Shown: one piece after another, positions 38,485 to 50,400 of the stretch
Position numbering within the stretch: the first letter of the stretch is position 1
Layout: every line of letters starts with the position of its first letter
DNA from: Octopus bimaculoides
Taxonomy: Eukaryota
Length of the DNA stretch: 53,194 nucleotides
Reading direction: 5' to 3'
Assembly (NCBI RefSeq): GCF_001194135.2
Contig: NC_068985.1
Span: 25,902,175-25,955,368, forward strand
Notes under the pieces: model-generated
The model's database searches: none
What the model saw: the letters and a program-made list of their open reading frames with translations, nothing else
What the model was told of the DNA's origin: nothing
Program-made: the position numbers and the translations under genes

Positions 38485-41400
38485 NNNNNNNNNNNNNNNN
38501 NNNNNNNNNNNNNNNNNNNNNNNNNNNNNNNNNNNNNNNNNNNNNNNNNNNNNNNNNNNNNNNNNNNNNNNNNNNNNNNNNNNNNNNNNNNNNNNNNNNN
38601 NNNNNNNNNNNNNNNNNNNNNNNNNNNNNNNNNNNNNNNNNNNNNNNNNNNNNNNNNNNNNNNNNNNNNNNNNNNNNNNNNNNNNNNNNNNNNNNNNNNN
38701 NNNNNNNNNNNNNNNNNNNNNNNNNNNNNNNNNNNNNNNNNNNNNNNNNNNNNNNNNNNNNNNNNNNNNNNNNNNNNNNNNNNNNNNNNNNNNNNNNNNN
38801 NNNNNNNNNNNNNNNNNNNNNNNNNNNNNNNNNNNNNNNNNNNNNNNNNNNNNNNNNNNNNNNNNNNNNNNNNNNNNNNNNNNNNNNNNNNNNNNNNNNN
38901 NNNNNNNNNNNNNNNNNNNNNNNNNNNNNNNNNNNNNNNNNNNNNNNNNNNNNNNNNNNNNNNNNNNNNNNNNNNNNNNNNNNNNNNNNNNTATATATAT
39001 ACACACACACACACACAGATAGATAGATGATGGGCTGCTTTCAGTTTCCATCTCATAAATCCACTCTTAAGGTTTTAGTCAGCCTAGGGCTATTGTAGAA
39101 GTCACTTGCCGTATGTGCTACACAGTGGGACTGAACATGGAACCATGTGGTTGGAAAACAAGCTTCTTAACCACATAGCCACAACTGACTTCTTAGTTTT
39201 CTTTTCTTGTCTTCCTTTCTTTTCTCACATCTTCTTCTAGCTTATCTGCCTTTTTCTCTTTTTTTGTTTATTTTTACAATTTTTTTTTTCCATTTCTGTC
39301 TTGTCATTTGTACTTGGCTATGATTAAATTCTATAATAATTATATTTTCAATATTTTAATTGACAGAGTCTTGGTGCATAATTTTTGGAGTAATAGAACT
39401 AGACTGCCAGAATCTACTTTTGACCGCATGGTTGCAATGCTTCAGATGATGTATTCTCCTAGAACTGAACATCAGTTCTTATATTATTCCAGCAGTTTAC
39501 TTTTGGAAATGACAAGCAAAAGTCCAGAATATAATCGAGAAATATTTGAATATCCCCTTGCAGAATGTCAATTTAAGGTAATTAAAAATATCTAAATATC
39601 AATATGTGGAGGCGCAATGGCCCAGTGGTTAGGACAGCGGACTCGCGGTCGAAAGATCGCGATTTCGATTCCCAGACTGGGCATTGTATGTGTTTATTGA
39701 GCAAAACACCTAAGCTCCACGAGGCTCCGGCAGGGGGTGGTGGCAACCCCTGTTGTACTCTTTCGCCCCAACTTTCTCTCACTCTTTCTTGCTGTTTCTT
39801 GAGTAACGCTGCGATGGACTGGCATCCCGTCCAGCTGGTGGGGAACACATACGCCATAGAAACCGGGAAACCGGGCCCATGAGCCTGGCTAGGCTTTGAA
39901 AGGGCAACGTTTTTTTTTTTTTAAATATCAATATGATGTGAAACATGTTGATCACTTGCTTTTTATGTTTATTTTCTGCACCTGAATAAATATTCTTGCT
40001 TTCTTGTAATATCAGGAGTATAAAGTAAAGTCATCTTGGCAGCATAGACATTCTACAATGACACCATTATTTTTTGATGCTCTGTCGTCATCATCATATA
40101 TGGAGGTAGATGATAGCAAAACAGAAAATATGGATACTGATGAGCTCAGAGCTACATATGGTAATCAACAGTTTACGCCAACTCAAGGTAGTGTATTATT
40201 TCCTGCTGTGTTCTTTTCTTTTATTTTTTATGTTTAACATTTATATTTCTATTCTTCACATTAGTATTTGGTAAACATCTACCATTAATTAACCTTTGAC
40301 ATTTGTTTTATTGGAATGTCTTAAAATTGTTTGTGAAATATATTAACCCTTTCGTTACCAACCCGGCTGAAACCGGCTCTGGCTCTGTAGTACAAATGTC
40401 TTGTTTTCATAAGTTCTAAATTAAAATCTTCCACCAAGCCTTAGTCACAATTTAAGTTCTTAACACTAGCTTCATGATAACTGAGTTATTTTACTAAATT
40501 CTTTGTTATATTTAAAATAATTGAAAGAAACATGGAGCATCTCAAAATAAATACAGTAACGAAAGGGTTAAAACATGTAAATATATACAGGCATGCGAAG
40601 ATATGTGTGTTTGTGTGCAAATATGGACATAAGTTTATAGACACACACATGCACACTGTCACTTACTCACAAAGCTAGCAATCATACCAATACCTATTTT
40701 GATGTTCATTTCTTTTCAAAATGACCTGAAATATAAGATACCTTTTATTTGGCTTTTGAGATCAAATAAATATTTAATCTTCATAAAATAGGCCAAAAGA
40801 CAAACCAGTTTGGCAGAACCTACCCCTTTTCAAAACTCTGCACTGCATGCTGTGGAAGTATGAAACATCATTAACCCTTTAGCATTCATGTTATTCTGTC
40901 AAATGTAACACTTATCTATTCACATTGTTTTAAATTAATCATGCATTACCTCAAAGCTTTGAGCATCTGAAATATGATTGTTTATTTTTAGAATGACATT
41001 GTAGGGTAGGTATGAGAGGCTGGATCTGGCTAGTTTGAACATAAAACAATTAGAATATTTGGGCTGGATATGGCCAGTTTAAATGATAAAGGGTTAACAT
41101 TGATTTTGCTATTATATCAGTGACTTATACTTATTATATTCAATATATTTTCTTATACTCATTCCTGGCTCTCTCTTGCCTCCCTCCAAAGTTTTCTCTT
41201 TAATCAATCCACCCAGTTCTCATTTCTTAGATCAGTACCTTCCTATCAGATCACACCATTGTGGCATGCACTGACTGTGTCCCCCTTTCAAGTAGCTCAA
41301 TCTTGTTCCCCACTCTCTTTTTTTCTGTACAACAACATATTTGCTGCCTCCTCTTATACAGATGATACAACTTTTCCTTCTTCTCTAACACCACCTTCAA

Positions 41401-44400
41401 CTCTGCATCATCCACAAAAACCCTAGATACCACATACCTGCCAATATTGCCTCTTCTAATAGCAAAAAAACCTCAAACACAACTCATACCAAGAAAATAC
41501 CAGCACTCAGCTAGAGTTCTCATGGTCTCTCTAAATACTGAGCATCACTGTAAATGAGGATTTCTCCTGGCAAAAGAACATCCTTCAAATATATATCCAA
41601 AAGACTATCCCTTCTCTTCAGAGCCAGAAAATATTTCAGTCCTCCAAACAGCTACAGACATTTCACAAGACTCCAGTGAAGCCCACAATAGAGTATTGCT
41701 CCCACTTCGAAAGCAGTGCTGCTGCTACACATTTAGCTTTCCCAGACCTCATCCAGGGAAGGGTCACTCTATTGATAATTTCATTCAATTACTAACAGTC
41801 ACACTCCAGCTGGCAAGCGTGCTGTCTCCTCTTTCTCTCATTCCTATTCCTACTATAATGATCTCAGTTCCTCTGAGTTGGTCTTGTACCTCTTTCAGTT
41901 GATTCTCCATCTCTGATAACCTCTGTTCATCCATATCTCTCTTGGTTCCTCATTAACCACTATTCCCAGTTCTTTTTCCCCACAACATTGACCTTTTGGC
42001 ATCTTCTTCCTGCTTTTGTCTTTCCTGCAACAGTTTCAATGGAACAGTAACAACATCAAGCTCATTAGTCTCAAAGGGCCTGAAAAGATCATGAGTACTG
42101 CCCCTTCTTCCAGTTTCAACAAGTGAAATTCCTTCTTCTCTAGAACTGCATCAAATTGGATTTCAATTCTTTTCTTTCTTTCCAGTTACGTATTTATAGT
42201 AGTTGAAATTAGACTTCAGTTTTACCTGTACACAAATCAAAGAGATCCTTTTAAAAGACTATAGGCATTACTCTCTCCTCCTCAGCACACTCTGTAAAGT
42301 GGTTGGCATTAGAGAAGGCATCCAACTGGAGAAACTATGTCACAAGAGACATCTGGAGCCTGGACAGCTCGCCGGCTGGCCAGCACTTGTCAAACTGACC
42401 AATCTGTGCCAGTATAGAAAACAGACATTAAACAACAACAAAGAAGACATGCTGGCAGTTACCTCCTTTTGAAATATTCCATTTTATTACAAATGATTTA
42501 TACAACTTTATTCTTGTCTTTTTTTATATTTTGTATCTTTTTTTTTTTCATGTGCTGCTTGATTAGATGTCCTTTTTGATTGGCTAACACAGAGTAGCCT
42601 TTCTTCTTCCATGGAGGTAGATAGTGTGGATTCTGGTGTTCAAAGTTCTTTGCTAACAGTGTCCAGTAAAGCTACAGCTGTGTCTCAAGTTTATCCTACA
42701 AGAAAGAGACCAGGTCCAGGTTTTGGACAGAAAAAGCTTAGTGCCATTAAAGATAGTCAAGAGGATCCTTTGGAAGAAAATAGCAAGAGGATTGGTAAAT
42801 TTTATTTCTTATCTTATTTTTATTATCTATATATATAAAACAGAGTTTGTGTGTGTGCGCATGTGCATATATGTTCCTTATGGATTCAAAAACTGAGTTG
42901 CAATAGAATCCATAAAACTGAGTGTGCAATGGAAGTGAGATAGTGAACATTCAATGCTGAAAAGAAAAATCAAACAGCGTTTCAACTCTGTGTGAGTATA
43001 TGTGTGTGTATTTGTAAGCATGTACAAGGGAAGTATGTGAATGTTTGTATCTGTGATTATTATGTACCTTATTTATATATAAAATACTACAATTAGCCAT
43101 CATTTTTGACAGCACAGGCCCAGCTAGTTTATATAATAATATAATAATATATAATATAGCTGTGTGATTAAGAAGTTTGCTTGCCAGCCACATGGTTTCA
43201 AAGTTCATTCTCATTGTGTGGCACCTTGGGCAAGTGTTTTCTACTATAGTTCCAAGCCTTGTGGATTTGGTAGACAGAAACTGAAAGAAGCCCACCATAT
43301 ATGCATGTATGTGTGCATACATGTGAGTGTGAGCTGGTCTTGACATTGCTTGATTGTTGTAAATGAGTACCATTGTCATATAAGCTGTGTTGTTCGTTTC
43401 CATTATTCTGCAAGAATACGTCTGGCAACGGAGTTATATTATTACCTTGCTGGGAAACAGGTGATGGTTGGCAAGAAGTAGAATATCCAGCCAAAGGAAA
43501 TCTACCTCAGTAAATTCTGTCCAACCCATGCAGACATGGAAAATAGATGTTAAAACAATGATACTGGTAATAATAAATGAAGATGGTGTTTGGCAGAATC
43601 ACTTGAACATTAGTCAAAGTCATCATCACCATCCTTTAACGTCCATTTTCCATGCTGGCATGGGTTGGATAGCTTGATCAGAGCTGGCAAGCCAGAAAGC
43701 TACACCAGGTTCCTGTCTGATTTGGCCAAGTTTCTATGGCTGGATGCCCTTCCTAATGCCAACCACTTTACAAAGTGTGCTGGGTGCTTTTAACATGGGA
43801 CTGGCACAAGTGCTTTTTACCTGGCACCAGCACAAGACTCTTGCAGAGCAATCCTCTTCACCAGGGGATGTAGCCTTAACACTTCTGCTGTGGAGGACCA
43901 GTCTTCTTGGGTACAGCAAGGTACCAGGTATCTTGGTCCTTTGTCAGCTCATCTGAAATGCTCAGTGTCCTTAGGTCGTCCTAAATGGATTCTGGTATTG
44001 AGTTATCTCTCTTCATGTTCTAAGTTCAAATCTCAATGGGATCAACTTTACAGTTCATCCTTGGGTTTGTTAAAAATGCTAACCTCAGCAGGATTTGAAC
44101 TCCAGATGTAAAGAACCAAAAGAAATACCACAAGGCATAGTTCCTGTTGCTCTAACAACTTTGCCAATACACCTAGTGGCTATTATAATAATGGACAGTA
44201 CTACATTGAACAACAGAATAGATGATAATATGCAGTAGCTTGTTCTGTTTTCAGAGGCAATGTGGCCAATGCTGGTGTTACATAACTAGCACTCATGTCA
44301 GTGGCACGTAAAAAGTATCTTTCGAGCATTGGGCCTCACAGAGGCAATGGCAAATGACCAAGTTCTTTGACAATATGCTGTGCTTCAGAAGAAGACCCAT

Positions 44401-47400
44401 CAAACCAAGTGAAATCATAGTCGTGGCAGATACTGGTGTCACACAACAGGCACCCATGACAGTGGCACATAAAAGCACCCATTACACTCTTGGAGTGGTT
44501 GGCATTAGGAAGGGCATCCAAGCATAGAAACCATGCCAAATCAGACTGGAGTCTGGTGCAGCTCACAAGCCCTAGTCAAACCATGCAACCCATGGCAGCA
44601 TGGACAACAGATGTTAAATGATGATGGTGATGGTGGTGGTGGATTTCATTTTTACACTCTGTTCAGTAATCTTATTGTTTGTCATTTAATAAACAGTCAT
44701 TTGTAGTTTTGATGTTTAGACCATGAAACTACATGCATAAATCCACACTTTTTTATTATTTTTCTTATTTTTTCATATATATATTCAAGAAAATAAATCA
44801 AGAAAATTTGCTTATCTCAAAAAGCGAGTGTTGAAAGATCGTGAAGTTCAAAGTCTTTATTTTGCAAAAATGCACATTATTAAAAATGAGACTCAAGTTG
44901 TAAGTAAATATGCTTGTTTGTTTTTGTGTGTGTACAGAATATTTTCATGTTGTTATATATTTATTGAGTGACTAAAAAATGTACAATTTTTTTGTATTTA
45001 CTTATTAATTATTAGTCAGTCATTTTGGGTTCAGTGTTGACTTTTTTAGTAATATTATTAGCTATTTGTTGACTAATCAGGTGAGATTCTGATACACACA
45101 TTTTCAACTAACTCAGTCCTCATTTTCTCTCTCTCAACATAATTTTTTACGATGGTATCATATGACCTAAGGGAAATTTGGCTGCTATTTCTAGCAGTTT
45201 GAATGACTGCAGTGCACAGGTGTTGTTGATGTCTCTATTTAACGTCATCAACTTTAGAAATTTATGCTCCCTTATCTTTAACTGTTTTCATCTTTAGGAC
45301 TTTGACATTGAACATTTTTCTAGAATTCAAATGTCTCTTGTAGATCTTTAATAATTTATTATTTATTACAGCAACATGTTCATGAACAAAAGTCCAAACA
45401 TGAAAATCAAGTAACTTTGTACAGGAAATATCGAACTGGAGAACTCCCTGATATACAAATAAAATATTCTTCCTTGATAGCAACATTGCAAGTAGTAGCT
45501 CTGGTATGTATGTTGTTCTGAAATTCTTATCTGTTTGTTAGAGAAGTTTTCATTTCTATCTTGCATCTACTAGCTAGATTACCTGTGGAGTAGTAAAATA
45601 TAATGTTTCATTTTATTCTGAATGTAGCTGACTTTGTACTGGGTGTATCTTGAAAATTTTAATGGCAATATATTAGACCAATGTGTCTAAAATATGTTGA
45701 AGTTATGTATATTTGATAATCCTCTCTACTATAGGCACAAGACCTGAAATTTGAGGGAGAGGGTTAGTCAATTACATCAACCCCTGTGTGAAACAGATAC
45801 TTACTTCATTCACCCTGAAAGGATGAAAGGCAAAGTCAATATTGGCAGAATTTGAGCACAGAGCATAAAGATGAATGAAATACCACTTGGCATTTTGTCC
45901 AACATGCTAACAGTTATGCCAGTTTACTGCCTTTAGATTTAATAATAATTTCTTACATATGCACAAAACCACAGATTGGATTTGTCGGAGAGGAGTTTAT
46001 CAAATTGAATCAGCTACCACCTAAAGGTTGGACACATTATATCCCACCAGTGTTATGTTATGCTTATGTTTCTGTCCTGTCTTTCTGACTTAAATGCATC
46101 TAAGTATAAGGTGGTACCATTTAGAGGCACAGTTCATCACTCAATCAGTGGGAAAACTATTTTATAAGAGTTTTGTTAGTATACAGTGCAGGCTTAAAGA
46201 TTCTCTGTGAACTTGGAGAAAGAACCAAAAGCCACTATATAAAACCTGTATACCTTTTTTGCAAAGATATTTTATAAAATCTTTGTCTATAGGACTAATT
46301 GTTGTTGGTATCACTTCAGTGATGTGCATCATGCCACATCTAATAATGATTTCTTAGATTTGTACATGGCTATCACAAATTTCGTAGGGAATTGATTTTA
46401 GTCAACTCCAATACTGTTCAAGACTGGTACTTGTTTTAACATCTCAAGATAGACAAAAAGCAAACTGATAGATATATGAATTCAGATTGTAAAGAGGAGG
46501 AAAGACTAAACATTCCACAATTTTTGCTAACTTTCTCCCATTGCCATCATTTTTTTTTTTATGATATTGATTACAGTTTTTCTTAAAATTTAAACATTTT
46601 TGAGAAATGTTTTATCTATAATTTGCTTCACTAAGTATTTTTCATTTTTTGATTTGTTTTATTTCAATCTGCTACATAATTTGTTTTTGTACTGTTCATT
46701 TATTTTTAACATGTCCATAATGTAATAAGCTATGCCTAAAATAACATTTCAGTTGCGGAATTAAAGAATTAATTTCAAATCTTTAATTGTTTATGGATTA
46801 AAACAAATACTATTTAGAAGAAGTAAATGTCTAATAGGTCAACTCCATAAACCAGCTTTAATTCCTAATTCAGACTCTATTACTTTACTTTCATTGTTAA
46901 TGTAGGAGGATAATAGTGTAAATGCTACAATCTTTAATTCGCTACGCACATACACACCTCACCCTCCACTATAAATTGGTAGTCTTTTGGCTGAGTAAGA
47001 AATAAAAACTTGCTGTTGAAAAGCTACAAAATACAATTGGAAAAGTTAGAATCATGTCACCACCTTAACTTTATCCCTCGTTTCGCTAAGATGATAGAAT
47101 TCATTTTCCATTTTAGAGAGACAGTACAGTGGCCAGGCTACTCTTCAATTCCTTGTTCAAAGGAATATTTGCTGATGCTGAAAAAGAGAAGAGAGATGAA
47201 GACATGGAAACAAGTATTCAATTAATTCAAAACAGTATTAGTATTATGCTGAAAGCCTCCGAGCAGCATTTCCCTCCATTCATTAGCTGCATGTTGGTGA
47301 GTTGTTTCTAACAATTTTTCTTTGTTGAATATTTCACAATTTTAATATTAAAGTAATTCAAGCGTTTAGGATGTGATTTTGTAAGAGGTTCAGTTGCTAT

Positions 47401-50400
47401 TTCTAGCATGTTGGGCCACCATACATTGGATAATGTATATCTGTCATAAAAATAAGATGAATCTGTAGCCACTTTCATCTTGAGTCTTTCCAATTAGCAG
47501 TGACCCTTTGTTAACCCATAACAATATCAACAAATGATGGATCTGTGGAATTTGAAAGTTTCCAAAACTATTTCATTTTCATTATTGTCATATTTTGTTT
47601 TGAATTTGATGATTTTACACTCATCTAGATACATTTAAAAGAACCATACTTTTGTTATTTCATAGAAACATACATTTGCTTTAGTTATATTATAGCTCAA
47701 TCTTTAGGATCATTAAAAAAAAATTTCATTTCTATAAACTGAACATAATCAAAGGCATCGGTATTTGCTTTAACATTTAATGCATTAATATAGGGAAATG
47801 CATAACATTGTTTGTTTAAAATGAAACCAAGAAGAGGCTTCATGTCTATAATTGTTCCATGTTTTTTACAGAATATTTTGTATGATATGGAAAAAGAATT
47901 GCCTATTGATATCAAACAGCTCATTTCATCATCTGCAATAACTGCTAAACTTCAACCACTTGGTAACAAAATGTTTTTTATTATTTTTGTCTTGTATTCT
48001 TCAGCATTACTGTTATTCTTTTACTCAGCTTCAAATTTATGCATTAATTTCTTATATAGGTTCCATTATCATTATCATTAGTTTAACATTTATACCATTC
48101 ATTTGTTTTTGCATCCATTTTTCCATGCTAGTATAGGTTAGACAAATATATTATCAAGACATTGTTTTACAGCCAGATGCTAACCCTTACCTGTGTTTCA
48201 AGTAAGGGATATTTTATTCCATGTCTTCAAAGGCACAAAGCAAACTGATGACCCACTAATAGAAGAAATTACCTTCATTGCTATTATCTCATTACACCCC
48301 TTACACACATTTCATACCTTCTGCTTATAACATGAAGAAATAATCCTTTCTACTATAGACACAAGGCCTGAAACCTGTTGGGTGGGGACTAGTCGATTAC
48401 TTGACCTCAGTGTTTAACTGGTACTTAATTTATCGAGCCTGAAAGGATGACAGGCAAAGTTGCTACCTGAAGTAACAGCTCCCTAAATGTCTATTATATT
48501 TTTCTTACTCCAGCTACTATACTTTCACTACAACTATCTAATTAAATCACCTAAGTAACAGAAACCACCTACTACATTTAGCAGTCCATCTCATTTCTCA
48601 AGTTTTTCATCTGATATTTTTTCCTTGCATCCGGTATATTAGAACTTCTAGTTCCCTGACAAGCCCTTCCTAACACCAACTTGTACTGGGTGCTTTTTAC
48701 ATAGCACCAGCAATAGGGAGGTTGCTATATAGCTTGCAAGACTGAGATCTCCTTTTGATTGAAGGAAATAGCTTTATGATATGGTATAAGGGATTGAAGT
48801 GAGAGAGAAAACAGGTTTCTTGCTGTAGCAGTGCTATACAGTTATTTATGTCATTGAAGACAGAGCAGAATTGATTGTAGTGGAACTGGAAAAAAGATAA
48901 AAATAGCAGTAATGTGGTGTCAAAGTGGACCCTCGAGATACAAGGTGAGTGGATACAGAGACAGGAGTACAGGAAGTGTAAGTGGGATGAGAAGTCTAGG
49001 TGGACAGTGTTTATATTCTGAGTTCAAACCCCATGGGGATTGTCTTTGATTATCATCTTTGTTGGATTAATAAAATAAATACCATTTAAGTTTTGATTTT
49101 AATCAAATCAACTAAACCCCTCACCCTGAATCTTACACTTTTTTTTGTAAAATAAATCTTAAAGTGGTGCTCCAGCATGGCCACAGACAAATGACTGAAA
49201 CAGTTAAAAGAATAAAAGAAAGCGCATGTCATAAATTTAATTTTAATATTTTACTTCTTGCTGTATTGTTTGATATAACTACATCCAAACTATTTATTTT
49301 TCTTATTTATTCCTTCTGTAAAACAGCAATAATTGTACTGGAAGAACAAATAATTAAAGGCATGAACAGTTGTCGTCCCAGTAAAGCGAAAAGGCCACGT
49401 CAGAATTTGAACCCGCCACCAACTGACGTTTCAACCTGGTTGGAATTAGCCAAGTAAGTCTTTCTATGTCTTAGCTGATCTATAACTATTCTTCAACATT
49501 TTCCTTTGACAGACTTCTGTAGTTTCACTCATCTCTAACATCTGTGGCATGAAGCAAATGAAACACATAGCTCTCTCTCTCTCTCTTTGTCTTTCTTTCT
49601 TTTTATCTCTCTCTCTCTCTCTCTCTCTATCTCAATCTCTCTCTATCTATCTATCTATTTCTCTACCTACCTACCTGCTTATTCTTTATCACAGGTAACT
49701 TTTCCTATGTGAATGCACATGACCTAGTAGTTAGGGTGTCATACATGTAATCATAAGATCATAGCTTCAATTCCTAAACTGGACGGTGCATTGTGTTCAT
49801 GAACAAAATACTTCATTTCACATTGGTCCAGTCCATTCAGTTGCAAATGAGTTCCAGCAATAGCTGAGATTTTAACCCTGTAACAAATCAGCATCTTATT
49901 CTGGGAGGAGTGTAATCTTATACACCCTGGCCTTATGAATCCTTGGGCTCATAACAAACAGACCTAAGTCTAACTTTTACTACTGGTAGAATAGAACTCT
50001 GTACTAAGAACTGCCAAAACTACCAGTGTTGAATTATGCCACTTCATGGTAGCTACTTCAAACAAGCTGCAGTCAGTTGTTTAGAAATGTTTTAACCATA
50101 AATACAATATAGTAACTGGTTTTGAACTGCATATCTCTCAGCTAGTTTTCGACCTTAATACTAATCATAGATATCATAAGTGGAGGTGCAATGGCCCAGT
50201 GGTTAGGGCAAGCGGACTCGCGGTCATAGGATCACGATTTTGATTCCCAGACCGGGCGTTGTGAGTGTTTATTGAGTGAAAACACCTAAAGTTCCACGAG
50301 GTTCCGGCAGGGGATGGTGGCAAACCCTGCTGTACTCTTTCGCCACAACTTTCTCTTACTCTTACTTCCTGTTTCTGTTATGCTTGTAATTCAAAGGGTC

